A stretch of 64,000 nucleotides of DNA from Octopus sinensis (taxonomy: Eukaryota), in contig NC_042999.1 of assembly GCF_006345805.1 (NCBI RefSeq), positions 23,560,001 to 23,624,000 on the forward strand, given 5' to 3'. Positions 38,009 through 51,084 of the stretch are shown piece by piece (the stretch's first letter is position 1; every line of letters starts with the position of its first letter). The position numbers and the translations under genes are program-made. The notes under the pieces are model-generated. The model was given only the letters and a program-made list of their open reading frames with translations, searched no databases and was not told where the DNA came from.

Positions 38009-38419
38009 TGCTTCTTTCTTCAAATTTTCTTCCGTTTCTCGCCGAGTATTTTCCGTACACCTTGGGCAGAGAAGCTCATTGTATCCATTCCCAGATTACA
38101 CATGCAAATTCACAGATAAAATATCTATTTAAAAATTAGTAACTAAATAAATTCATGAATGGATGTTGTTTTCACAGCGATAGTGCCCTTCTCAGTACAC
38201 GAGCCGTTCCAGTTAACACGATTTTTTGCACTTCCTGTAGGGATGGTAAGCCTGGTATCATTTTCAAATAGGTTCCAGTACCTTTTTTTTTTATCATTCC
38301 TAGAGCTCTTATAATCACTGGTACTGTAGTCGCCTTGAGATGCCACATTTTTCAATTTCTAATAGCAAGTCTTTATATTTACTGATCTATTTCTATTAGC
38401 AAGTCTTTGTATTTACTGA

Positions 38420-38487
<68 letters not shown>

Positions 38488-38930
38488 CATCATTATTATT
38501 ATCATCATCATCATCATCATCATCATCATTATCATTATTATTACTATTCAGTAGTTTTATTTTTATAACGTGCTTTCACTTCACTACCGAGCGCAGCTCT
38601 GTGTGCCTTGGGTATGTGCTGTGGCTTTCTGTGATGCTCTTATGGTTACTGTATTGAAAGTGTTTTACGTAAGATGTGAGCAGTGCCCAGTAGTGCTATT
38701 TTCTGTATGTTATATATATTTGTTAGTCCTGGTATTTTTGTTATGTATTTCTCTGAATATTTTTTTAATCTTACCTAATGTGCCCACTATGATAGGGATT
38801 GTTTCTGTTTTTAGACTCCACATTCGAGTTACCTCTATTTCCAGGTCTTTGTATTTCGAAAGTTTCGCCATTTCTTTTAGACTAGACTCCACCTCCAATT
38901 TGAGGCCTTGTGCCTCCAATAGAAAGGATG

Positions 38931-39005
<75 letters not shown>

Positions 39006-39255
39006 TCCTTCATTCTTCAAATTTTCTTCCGTTTCTCGCCGAGTGTTTTCCATACACCTAGGGCAGAGAAGCTCATTGTATGCATTCCCAGATTACACAC
39101 GCAAATTCACAGGTAAAACATGTATTTAAAAGATTAATAAATAAATAAATTCATGAATGGATGCTGTTTTCACAGCGATAGTGCTCTTCTCAGTACATGA
39201 GCCGTTCCAGTTAATAACATTTTTTGAACTTCCTGTAGGGATGGTAAGCCTGGTA

Positions 39256-39259
<4 letters not shown>
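37714..39259 (-). mobile_element. Four R4/Dong-type 3' ends of two families separated by (TTA)n arrays
   Basis: Family 1 (..LGTAHILRRTLSIQ) at 37714-37926 and ~38548-38880; family 2 (..MIPGLPSLQEVQK..LTGTA.VLRRALSL) at ~38007-38420 and ~39004-39259. Confidence 0.85.
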
Positions 39260-39324
<65 letters not shown>

Positions 39325-39337
39325 CATTATTATTATT

Positions 39338-39748
39338 GAGTGAGAGAGCAGTGCATGCCATCAAAGTGACACTGGGGTAAAATATACGAAGCTCAATATA
39401 CCCATCATGACTACCCGTCTGATAAAGGTACACACCAGGCACATGCATCACAACCATATGTGTACGACATGGTGATCTCATATCAAGATAAACAGCACAT
39501 GACCTTGCGGGTGGGACCCAGTTAGAATTTTCTTCTGGTCGAGTAGCCCATTCCGCTCAAAAGGTCTCTGAATAAGTATTGTTTAAGGATGTTGAGCGAA
39601 CCACCCATGATTCCAAAAGTGAATTATCCAAACCTCCAAAATTTGATGCTCCCCCACTACTTTTGCTCGTGTCAGAGATGCACATATCGTCAACCACTAA
39701 GGGACAAGGTCAACTGGTTAAGGTCAAACAACTGACAAGCAAATCTGT
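39338..39748 (+). mobile_element. Family X element (3' truncated)
   Basis: Same 5' start after attattatt; breaks off into (TTA)n. Confidence 0.8.
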
Positions 39749-39750
39749 TA

Positions 39751-39805
<55 letters not shown>

Positions 39806-39855
39806 GTTGTTGTTGGTGTTGTTGTTGTTGCTGTTATTATTATTATTATTATTAA

Positions 39856-39901
<46 letters not shown>

Positions 39902-39904
39902 GCT

Positions 39905-40075
39905 ATTATTACTTTTATTATTATTTGTTATTTATATTTCGTTGTCATCCTGCTTTTGTACACGGACCTTTTTTCAAACGGACAAAACCCCTTTGTAACT
40001 TTCGTCCTGCGTTTTGTCCCTTTATGCTTTAATTGATTTTTTGTTAGCCCTTGTGGCCAATAAACGAATGAATTA
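39905..40075 (+). mobile_element. Tx1-like 3' UTR stub
   Basis: acggacaaaacccctttgtaac..gcccttgtggccaataaacgaatgaattatt. Confidence 0.7.
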
Positions 40076-40088
40076 TTATTGTTATTGT

Positions 40089-40132
<44 letters not shown>

Positions 40133-40426
40133 TACTAAGTTACATGCTTATATGATATCATAGTTATAGTAATCTATCTTTTTTCTGCATGCTTCTCTAT
40201 TGTTATATTTCAAACGATCCCTTTATCAAGAGCTGTTTTCCGGTATCGAGGTATTCCTGGAAAGATCTGCTTAATTCTTTTAAAACCACTTGGCTGGGAT
40301 TGGAATACTTAGAGGTTATTGTAAAAATAAATAAGCTAAATGGAAAACAAAACATAAGTATACAGCGAAGCGTATATTGTCAATGTCGTTGACTTGACGG
40401 AGGAATCAGCATAGTTTCCAACAGAA

Positions 40427-43400
40427 ATGTGTTTATGTGTGTGTTTGTGTGTGTGTGTCTGTATATCTGTATGTATGTGTGTGTGTGTGTTTTTATGTGT
40501 ATGTTTATGTGTGTGTATGTATGTGTTTATGTGTGTGCATGTGTGTATGTATGTATGTATGTATGTATGTGTGTGTGTATGTGTGTATGTATGTATGTGT
40601 GTGTGTGTTTTTATAGTATGTTTATGTGTGTGTATGTATGTGTTTATGTGTGTGCATGTGTGCATGTGTGTATGTATGTATGTATGTGTGTGGTGTATGT
40701 GTGTATGTATGTATGTGTGTGTGTGTGTTTTTATGTGTATGTTTATGTGTGTGTATGTATGTGTTTATGTGTGTGCATGTGTGTATGTTGTATGTATGTA
40801 TGTATGTGTGTGTGTGTATGTGTGTATGTATGTATGTGTGTGTGTGTTTTTATGTGTATGTTTATGTGTGTGTATGTATGTGTTTATGTGTGTGCATGTG
40901 TGTATGTATATATTTATGCATGTATGTGTGTGTGTGTATGTGTGTATGGATGTGTACGAGCGTGTGTATGCATGTATGCGTGGATATGTATGTGTGTGTG
41001 TGTGTTTTTATGTGTATGTTTATGTGTGTGTATGTATGTGTTTATGTGTGTGCATGTGTGTATGTATATATTTATGCATGTATGTGTGTGTGTGTATGTG
41101 TGTATGGATGTGTACGAGCGTGTGTATGCATGTATGCGTGGATATGTATGTGTGTGTGTGTGTTTTTATGTGTATGTTTATGTGTGTGTATGTATGTGTT
41201 TATGTGTGTGCATGTGTGTATGTATATATTTATGCATGTATGTGTGTGTGTGTATGTGTGTATGGATGTGTACGAGCGTGTGTATGCATGTATGCGTGGA
41301 TATGTATGTGTGTGTGTGTGTTTTTATGTGTATGTTTATGTGTGTGTATGTATGTGTTTATGTGTGTGCATGTGTGTATGTATATATTTATGCATGTATG
41401 TGTGTGTGTGTATGGGTGTATGGATGTGTACGAGCGTGTGTATGCATGTATGCGTGGATATGTATGTGTGTGTGTGTGTTTTTATGTGTATGTTTATGTG
41501 TGTGTATGTATGTGTTTATGTGTGTGCATGTGTGTATGTATATATTTATGCATGTATGTGTGTGTGTGTATGTGTGTATGGATGTGTACGAGCGGTGTGT
41601 ATGCATGTATGCGTGGATATGTATGTGTGTGTGTGTGTTTTTATGTGTATGTTATGTGTGTGTATGTATGTGTGTTTTGTGTGTGCATGTGTGTGTATGT
41701 ATATATTTATGTATGTGTGTGTGTGTGTATGTGTGTATGGATGTGTACGACGGGCGTGTGTATGCATGTATGCGTGGAGATAGTGGTGGTATGTGTGTGT
41801 GTGTGTTTTTATGTGTATGTTTATGTGTGTGTATGTATGTGTTTATGTGTGTGCATGTGTGTATGTATGTATATATTTATGCATGTATGTGTGTGTGTGT
41901 GTATGTGTGTATGGATGTGTACGAGCGTGTGTATGCATGTATGCGTGGATATGTATGTGTGTGGTGTGTTTTTATGTGTATGTTTATGTGTGTGTATGTA
42001 TGTGTTTATGTGTGTGCATGTGTTATGTATATATTATGCATGTATGTGTGTGTGTGTGTATGTGTGTATGGATGTGTACGAGCGTGTGTATGCATGTATG
42101 CGTGGATATGTATGTGTGTGCGTGTGTTTTTATGTGTATGTTTATGTGTGTGTATGTATGTGTTTATGTGTGTGCATGTGTGTATGTATATATTTATGCA
42201 TGTATGTGTGTGTGTGTATGTGTGTATGGATGTGTACGAGCGTGTGTATGCATGTGTATGCGTGGTATATGTATGTGTGTGGTGTGTGTATGTGTATGTT
42301 TATGTGTTTGTTGTATGTATGTGTTTATGTGTGTGCATGTGTGTATGTATATATTTATGCATGTATGTGTGTGTGTGTATGGGTGTATGGATGTGTACGA
42401 CGAGCGTGTGTATGCATGTATGCGTGGATATGTATGTGTGTGTGTGTGGTTTTTATGTGTATGTTTATGTGTGTGTATGTATGTGTTTATGTGTGCATGT
42501 GTGTATGTATATATTTATGCATGTATGTGTGTGTTGTGTATGTGTGTATGGATGTGTACGAGCGTGTGTATGCATGTATGCGTGGATATGTATGTGTGTG
42601 TGTGTGTTTTTATGTGTATGTTTATGTGTTGTATGTATGTGTTTATGTGTGTGCATGTGTGTATGTATATTTATGCATGTATGTGTGTGTGTGTATGTGT
42701 GTATGGATGTGTACGAGCGTGTGTATGCATGTATGCGTGGATATGTATGGTGTGTGTGTGTTTTTATGTGTATGTTTATGTGTGTGTATGTATGTGTTTA
42801 TGTGTGTGCATGTGTGTAGTATATATTTATGCATGTATGTGTGTGTGGTATGTGTGTATGGATGTGTACGAGCGTGTGTATGCATGTATGCGTGGATATG
42901 TATGTGTGTGCGTGTGTTTTTATGTGTATGTTTATGTGTGTGTATGTATGTGTTATGTGTGTGCATGTGTGTATGTATATATTTATGCATGTATGTGGGT
43001 GTGTGTGTATGTGTGTATGGATGTGTACGAGCGTGTGTATGCATGTATGCGTGGATATGTATGTGTGTGTGTGTGTTTTTATGTGTATGTTTATGTGGTG
43101 TGTATGTATGTGTTTATGTGTGTGCATGTGTGTATGTATATATTTATGCATGTATGTGTGTGTGTATGTGTGTATGGATGTGTACGAGCGTGTGTATGCA
43201 TGTATGCGTGGATATGTATGTGTGTGTGTTTTTATGTGTATGTTTATGTGTGTGTATGTGTGTGTGTATGTATGTGTTTATGTGTGTGCATGTGTGTATG
43301 TATATATTATGCATGTATGTGTGTGTGTGTATGTGTGTATGGATGTGTACGAGCGTGTGTATGCATGTATGCGTGGATATGAATGTGTGTGTGTGTGTTT

Positions 43401-44500
43401 TTATGTGTATGTTTATGTGTGTGTATGTATGTGTTTATGTGTGTGCATGTGTGTATGTATATATTTATGCATGTATGTGTGTGTGTATGTGTGTATGGAT
43501 GTGTACGAGCGTGTGTATGCATGTATGCGTGGATATGTATGTGTGTGTGTGTTTTTATGTGTATGTTTATGTGTGTGTATGTATGTGTTTATGTGTGTGC
43601 ATGTGTGTATGTATATATTTATGCATGTATGTGTGTGTATGTGTGTATGGATGTGTACGAGCGTGTGTATGCATGTATGCGTGGATATGTATGTGTGTGT
43701 GTTTATGTGTGTTCATGTGAGTGTATGTGTGCGTATGTGTGTGTAAGTGTGTGTATGTGTGTGTGTGTGTTTTTATGTGTATGTTTATGTGTGTGTATGT
43801 ATGTGTTTATGTGTGTGCATGTGTGTATGTATGTATGTATGCATGTATGTGTGTGTGTGTATGTGTGTATGGATGTGTACGAGCGTGTGTATGCATGTAT
43901 GCGTGGATATGTATGTGTGTGTGTTTATGTGTGTTCATGTGAGTGTATGTGTGCGTTTGTGTGTGTAAGTGTGTGTATGTGTGTGTGTGTGTTTTTATGT
44001 GTATGTTTATGTGTGTGTATGTATGTGTTTATGTGTGTGCATGTGTGTATGTATGTATGTATGCATGTATGTGTGTGTGTGTGTATGTGTGTATGGATGT
44101 GTACGAGCGTGTGTATGCATGTATGCGTGGATATGTATGTGTGTTGTGTATGTGTGTATGTGTGTGTATGTGTGTGTGTGTGTGTGTGTATGTGTGTGTA
44201 TGTGTGTGTGTGTGTTTTTATGTGTATGTTTATGTGTGTGTATGTATGTGTTTATGTGTGTGCATGTGTGTATGTATGTATGTATGTATGTGTGTGTGTA
44301 TGTGTGTATGTATGTATGTATGTATGTATGTATGTATGTATGTATGTATGTATGTATGTGTGTGTGTGTATGTGTGTATGGATGTGTATGAGCATGTGTG
44401 TATGAGCATGTGTATGCATGTATGCATGTATATGTATGTGTGTGCGTTTGTGTGTGAATGTGTGTGTATGTGTGTATGTGTGTGCATATGTGTATGTAAA
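40427..44500. repeat. Microsatellite-derived satellite array, main unit 158 bp
   Basis: The tacgag marker recurs at 40955, 41113, 41271, 41429 and 41587; ~118-120-bp units at the left edge and a 222-bp period near 43711/43933. Confidence 0.92.
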
Positions 44501-44686
44501 CGAGAACAGCAATATTAAACCCACTCATTTTTCAAATGCCAACTACGTAAGGATTATTAATGAAGAGGTAGCAACACCAGATGGGGGTGCCCCAGCATGG
44601 CCGCTGCTCTCGTGCTGAAACAAGTTAATAAATAGGTACCAAGCTCAAAGAGTAAGTTTAATGCATTTCAAAAATTAATTATGAAT

Positions 44687-44925
44687 ATCGTGAAGTATAT
44701 TTTCCACTTAAATGTTGCTATCCCCTAAGGGTGGATGCTACTGTAGCTTGTAGTCCCAGGAGTACATCTCCTCCAGCTGGCTATTGTCACACTTTCTGTA
44801 CCCTGTCGGTATTTGCAAAGGGAAGCCATCTTTCCCGTCTTCAACCTATGATACACACGGGCTCGAATTTCTGGGTATTGACCCTTTCTCAGTATTTGCA
44901 AAGGGAAACCATCCTTAATTATAAG
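44687..44925 (+). mobile_element. One-armed relative of the fold-back MITE at 50520
   Basis: atcgtgaagtatatt..ccacttaaatg..gctactgtagcttgtag..ctccagctggctat matches the left arm at 50520. Confidence 0.7.
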
Positions 44926-44933
44926 TAATTAAC

Positions 44934-45162
44934 GCGGCGAGCTGGCAGAAACGTTAGCACGCCGGGCGAAATGCGTAGCCGTATTTCGTCTGCCGTTACG
45001 TTCTGAGTTCAAATTCGCCGAGGTCGACTTTGCCTTTCATCCTTTCGGGGTCGATAAATTAAGTACCAGTTACGCACTGGGGTCGATGTAATCGACTTAA
45101 TCCGTTTGTCTGTCCTTGTTTGTCCCCTCTGTGTTTAGCCCCTTTGTGGGTAGTAAAGAAAT
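44934..45162 (+). mobile_element. SINE family A, full length
   Basis: Consensus match. Confidence 0.9.
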
Positions 45163-45390
45163 ATATAAATAAATAACGCTTTATACATTTTTCTTAGATT
45201 TCCCCTAAAATATTTCGAAATTCGAAAATTTGATTTTTCAATATTTTGGGATTTCGACAATGAGGTTTTTCGTTATTTAAACCATAAAACGCTGGGATTT
45301 GCACATACATAGCATGGGCTACTGATCACATTTTATGAAAATGAGACTACCATGCATACATAAAAAACAAAAAGTAGTTAAAATAGGCGT

Positions 45391-45785
45391 AGGAGTGGCT
45401 GTGTGGTAAGTAGCTTCCTTACCAACCATATGGTTCTGGGTTCAGTCCCACTGCATGACACCTTGGGCAAGTGTCTTCTACTATAGCTGCGGGCTAATCA
45501 AAGCCTTGTGAGTGGATTTGGTAGACGGAAACTGAAAGAAGCCCGTCGTTTATATGAATATATATGTATGTGTGTGTATACGTTTGTGTGTCTGTGTTTG
45601 TCCTCCTAACATCGCTTGACACCCGATGCTGGTGTGTTATGTCCCCGTAACTTAGCGGTTCGGCAAAAGAGACCGTTAGAATAATTACTAGGTTTACAAA
45701 GAATAAGTCCTGGGGTCGATTTGATCGACTAAAGGCCATGCTCCAGCATGGCCACAGTCAAATGGCTGAAACAAGTAAAAGAGTA
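45391..45785 (+). mobile_element. SINE family B, full length (tRNA-like head)
   Basis: ggagtggctgtgtggtaagtagc (A-box-like), ggttcagtccc (B-box-like), central microsatellite, tail gaaacaagtaaaagagt. Confidence 0.9.
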
Positions 45786-46382
45786 AAGGGTATATCTTCT
45801 TAGTATATAATGGTGGCAAGTTTTACATCACCTGAACTTTTGCATTCTGGGTGGGTATCGGAGCGTTTGAGTGACATTAGACCCCAATAAACACTCATAA
45901 ATTAAATGCATCTATTTGGGCCATGATCGTGGCCTGTCGACCTGTGCCTGACGGCCACGTTCGTGGCCCGTCGCGCTTTATGTGTTAAAGCATTCGATAT
46001 TCTGTTGTTCTATTTTCGGTCTTCTGATGTTCGGCCTTGTGTCTTTCCGTCTTATGACCAAAATCTGCAATATATATATGTGTGTGTGTGTATATGTGTG
46101 TGTGTGTATATGTGTGTGTGTGTATATATGTGTGCGTGCGTGTATATGTGTGTGTATACGCGCGCGCGTGTTTGTGTGTGTGTACATACATCTATATTTC
46201 TTCAAAATATATATGCTGACGACTAAACCCAGATCTTTTAAGACTAAACCTGGATCTTTTCGAATTGATTTCATATTCGGTGTAATGTTATGGTTTTATA
46301 TTTTAATCACTGCTTTGAAATTCATTTTCCGTATTTGAAACAATAAGCTTTGTAGCTCCAACATACTTGGTTTTAACTTTTT

Positions 46383-46630
46383 GCGCCCTTATCAAGCCTA
46401 GCTAGGCTCATGGGCCCGGTTTCCCGGTTTCTATGGTGTATGTGTTCCCCAGCTGGACGGGACGCCAGTCCATCGCAGCGTTGCTCATTTTTGCCAGCTG
46501 AGTGGACTGGAGCAACGTGAAATGAAGTGTTTTGCTCAAGAGCACAACGCGTCGCCCGGTCCAGGAATCGAAACCACACTCTTACGACCATGATGCTGAC
46601 ACCCTAACCACTAAGCCACGCGCCTCCACG
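46383..46630 (-). mobile_element. SINE family D, full length
   Basis: Consensus match to 17559-18056. Confidence 0.9.
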
Positions 46631-46989
46631 TTTTAACTTCTGGGTGATGTATAAATTGCTCTTGATAATTTCCTTGTACTTCTAGCACTCGATACGGTTC
46701 GAGAACCGATTCACATGACGCAACCATATTTTTGTTTATTTATTTGTTTGAATCTTTGCTTCTCCAGAGCATTTTCATAAATTTGTCCTAAGCATCCATA
46801 CTTGTTTTCAGGCTTTCAGTTAGCCCCTGTCTCGAACGGTTTGAGTTATATAAGGTTTTCCTTTCATAAGTTTTAAGTTACTCTGGTAGTTAAAGTAAAT
46901 TGGGTAGTGTATCGTCTATTTGCCATATTATGAACGCCTTACTTCCCTGGGCATGGATACATTGAAACTCCGACGTCTGGCAGCTGACT

Positions 46990-47256
46990 TAAGTTAAGTT
47001 AAGTTAAGTTAAGTTAATTTTTTGGCTCAAAAATCAAAAAGCAAGGCCATGTAGGGGGACATGGAGTTATGTACAGGTGGTGTTCCTGCAAAGAGTTCAG
47101 GCCATTTCTGGTCAAGAGAGACTTTGAACCGAGCGGTCGTCGGCATCTTCACTATCTCGTCCGGCAGCTTATCCCACGGATCCGCAATCCGGACGGAGAA
47201 AGCCCCTCTCCTTCGATTGAGATGAAATCGTCGCAGATAGAGCTTTTCGGAGTGAC
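46990..47256 (-). mobile_element. CR1/L2-like LINE 3' end with (TTAAC)n tail
   Basis: Minus strand HSEKLYLRRFHLNRRRGAFSVRIADPWDKLPDEIVKMPTTARFK; a second copy is at 58380-58625. Confidence 0.8.
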
Positions 47257-47670
47257 TTGGCAGGCACCCATAAAATTATTAACCATCTTACAAACAATAA
47301 CTCTGAGCACCTTTTCAAACTCCACCTGTCTAACACCCGTGGACATGTTTACATAGTCAGAAAACAGCACAGCTCCCATGAGTTTCGGAAACATTTTTTT
47401 CACGCTAAGAGTTGCTGAAGTATGGAACAAACTGCCGGCATCAGTTGTTAGTTGTCGGAGCACTGCATCATTCAAAACTTCCATGCTTCCTGAGATTCGC
47501 CAACACTACACCTGATTTTCTCCCCTCCATAAACACGCAAGCATGTATCTGACTCATACACTGTTCACTTCCCAGACATTTGTACATTACTGCATATGCT
47601 ATATACGCACTTTTGACAAGTTGTGGTGCACCTGAGCACTGTATACAATAATTTCATTATTATTATTTAT
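47243..47670 (+). mobile_element. Second CR1-like LINE 3' end, opposite orientation
   Basis: RSDLAGTHKIINH..NTRGHVYIVRKQHSSHEFRKH..FTLRVAEVWNKLPASVV; 3' UTR ending caataatttcattatt. Confidence 0.8.
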
Positions 47671-47865
47671 TACACATTTTTGAAAAACGTGCTTGGCAGG
47701 GAGCGGTTGTTCCCCTTGCTTTTCTGTTAGCAACGTCACGGATATAAATCCGGTGTAACACACATGATATACATAGGTTAAGGCAATGCTCTGCAACCTT
47801 TATTCACTTGCAGTACGCTTATATTCTTTTCAAAATTTGGCGGCACACCTGAGCTAAAATAAAAA

Positions 47866-48389
47866 CCGTAAATCCTCGAGTATAGTCCGCCCTTGCATAT
47901 ATATAATACGCAGGGGATTTTTGGGGGCTGTACTTCTGAAAAACCTAAACCTTGTGTATAATACGCACCCCTTCTCTAACTTGAGTCAAGGAGGTCTATA
48001 TAACGTCATTGGTTTGTAAAAATGCATACGGTAACGTCCTTTATTATTATTGTATATATAACATAATGCAAACGTGTAGCTTTTTTGTGCATTTTGTTTG
48101 CAGAAAATAAATTAGTAACAGTAATAACAGTAATAACGTTTAATAAATGTTGTTTATTGCAAGTTATGGGTGATTCTTTTATGACTTCATTGCTTTCAGG
48201 CTCAGCTTAAGGTATTTTCGCGCTCGACATCACAAAATGCATCTGAATAAACATTGCCAGACAGCAAATAGAGACTCGGACATTGCTTAGAAAATAATTT
48301 TAATTTTTAACCTCGTGTATAATACGCACAAAGGATTTTGATCTTTAAATTTTGAGAAAAAAATGCGGATTATCCTCGAGGATTTACGG
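47866..48389. mobile_element. Tc1/pogo-like MITE, apparently nested in a hAT-like remnant
   Basis: TIR ccgtaaatcctcgagtatagtccgc / gcggattatcctcgaggatttacgg; flanking cggcacac motifs at 47841 and 48437-48467. The expected TA TSD is not intact. Confidence 0.7.
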
Positions 48390-48634
48390 AACATAACTAA
48401 AAGTATAGGGAAAAAAATTATATCCAGATTACACTGCGGCACACCTCTAGCATCGTCTCGTGGCACACCAATGAGCCGCATTGTACCAGTTGCATAGCAA
48501 TGGCTTAAGGTACAAAGTAAACCTGCGTAGTAGACACACAACAACCTAAATTGATTGACACACTCTCATTGAGGGTTCCAGAAGAGGAGCCTAAGTCATT
48601 TAATCAACTCCCTGATGACCAAATAACTATTCTG

Positions 48635-48880
48635 TTTATACTCTCTTACTTGTTTCAGTCATTTGACTGTGGCCATGATGGAGCACCGCCTTTAGTCGGG
48701 CAAATCGACCCCAGGACTTATTCTTTGTAAGCCCAGTACTTATTCTATCGGTCTCTTTTGCCGAACTGCTAAGTGACGGGGACATAAACACACCAGCAAC
48801 ATCGCTGGTAAACATACCCAACATCGCTTGACGGTTCTCAAGCGATGTTAGGGAGACAAACACAGACACACAAACATATA

Positions 48881-48963
<83 letters not shown>

Positions 48964-49080
48964 GACGAGCTTCTTTCAGTTTCCGTCTACCAAATCCGCT
49001 CGCAAGGCTATAGTAGTAGACACTTGCCCAAGGTTCCACGCAGTGGGACTGAACCCGGAACTATGTGGTTGGTAAGCATA
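48635..49080 (-). mobile_element. SINE family B
   Basis: Reverse-complement consensus match. Confidence 0.85.
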
Positions 49081-49714
49081 TACACAATAAATCTAGTATC
49101 TTTTGATAACTGGTGTTACTAATCTGCATATCCCATCTTCTTAACACTTTAATAGTGGCTGTCTGTCAACGGAGACCCCAACTAAGCGATAGGGAAAAAA
49201 CATCATATCGGTAAATATGAAAGAATTAACAATAGACTATACAGTGTCTGTTTTCATAAAGATATCAAATGATACAGTAGAAAAGTCTCTTCCGAGAGCA
49301 GCTTATAAATTGTCATCCATAAAGGATGCTTAACACAAAGTAATGAAAAGACTAACACAACGAACAAGTGACTGTGTTAGCAGACGGAGCTGTAGAACAA
49401 TGCACAAACAAACTTACTGTTAGAGAAACAACAGTCAACTTTCAGAATAATAATTCATTATAATATTCACCTCACTTATAATCTGCTTGGTGCACCTTAG
49501 CAATAGAATGGATGATTATCTAATCAATTAACTCGTAAAACAAAGCGCGATTTGTATTATTGCCAACGACAAACAAACAGTATGTATATTATTACTAAAT
49601 TACCACATTTGAAAATTGAAATCTCCTTGTTAAAATGAAACTATAAATCGTGTGAGTTACATTAAATATTTTTAAATGAACAATGAGATGAATATTACGC
49701 TACAATGTAAAATA

Positions 49715-49973
49715 TTGGGTTGGTGCATAAATTATTGCGGCTTTTTTTCGACAAATTTTATTCAACAAAAGCAATAACAATATCTAACAAAGACATCTTT
49801 AAATGGCGGTCTGATCGTCTGCCATACAAATGGGAAGCCGTAATTGAAGCAGATGGTGAATATGCTCCGGAATAATCATTTAAAGATGTTTTTGTTACAT
49901 GTTTTTATTGTTTTTGTTGAATAAAATTCGTTGAAAAAAAAAAAAAAGCCGCAATAATTATGCACCAGCCCAA
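49715..49973 (+). mobile_element. Complete 259-bp mariner-derived MITE
   Basis: TA | ttgggttggtgcataaattattgcggc ... gccgcaataattatgcaccagcccaa | TA; internal inverted arms around LPYKWEAVIEADGEYAPE*. Confidence 0.9.
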
Positions 49974-50519
49974 TATAAATGTCGTAGACGGCTTGACTGA
50001 ACCTGGTACATATATGTCACGCAAGTATAGCAATTTCTTGCTGGTAAACTCTGCATTTACAACCAAAGAACCATTTCAGTATACTGCAAAGCAGAAATCG
50101 GAACAAAACTTGATAGAAAAATATCAATCGATAACATAACAATTTTATATTGAAATCAAATAAGTTTTCCTTTCTTTTTATAAGTCCAAAGAAACTCTGG
50201 TGGTTGAAAGAAATTGGAAATGTGTATCATGTATGACGCATGGACGTCAGGAAAATGTGTCCTGAGAATCACATGATACACAGGACATATTATTTGATAG
50301 GAAAACATTAGCTGGCAACGTAGCAATCATGTAGGGAATTCCAAACAGAAGTGCGGGGACGGAATTTGCTTACGAGGTGCAAACTGGGTCCAAATTTTTT
50401 TACAAACAAGTTCCATTTTTTCAATCTTAACATCAAAAGAAACACAGGTATAATTATGATAATAATTATTATTATCATTAATAAATCTCTGAGCGAGATA
50501 TAAACAGTAGCTGCAACAC

Positions 50520-50766
50520 ATCGTGAAGTATATTTGCCACTTAAATGTGGGTAAGCCCTAGGGGTAGATGCTACTGTAGCTTGTAGCCCCAGGAGGACAC
50601 CTCCTCCAGCTGGCTATCGACACACTTTCTGTGCCCAATCAGTATTGTGATAGGGCACATAAAGTGTATCAATAGCCAGCTGGAGGTGTCCTCCTGGGGC
50701 TACAAGCTACAGTAGTATCTTCCCCTAGGGGTTACCCACATTTAAGTGGCAAATATACTTCATATA
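50520..50766. mobile_element. Fold-back (almost entirely palindromic) MITE
   Basis: tgaagtatatttgccacttaaatgtggg at 50524 is the reverse complement of the sequence ending at 50762; arms ~110 bp around a short loop near 50640. Confidence 0.85.
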
Positions 50767-51084
50767 TATATAGTAATATATATAGTAATGAAAAATTTGC
50801 TTTCCAATCACTCCAAGAATGTTTCTGCGCTCGTTCGTATTGGAGATAAAGCGTTTCAGGAGGATGTTTAAAGTGTTTTCATTGTCCCACCAAAAACGTT
50901 AGGATGTGCGCTTGCAACTCTTTCACCCCCTATTCCCGAGTCTATGATTCCAAATAAAATATGTATAGATATAGGAGGCTCTAAAATCTAGAGCCATTGA
51001 CAGAGAACTCGAGTTATATATTTAAATGCCTGAAATAAATTATCAAAATGGTTGCCTTCTACATATATATTTTACACCGTTGAA

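Noticed and set aside
40427-43720. 1097-aa ORF and overlapping long ORFs
   Set aside because: A product of a TG/TATG-based satellite that lacks stop codons on this strand; only C/V/M/Y-type residues in every frame.
45391-45470. tRNA genes suggested by A/B-box motifs in SINE heads
   Set aside because: The heads run directly into SINE bodies, and I could not fold a complete cloverleaf with an acceptor stem.
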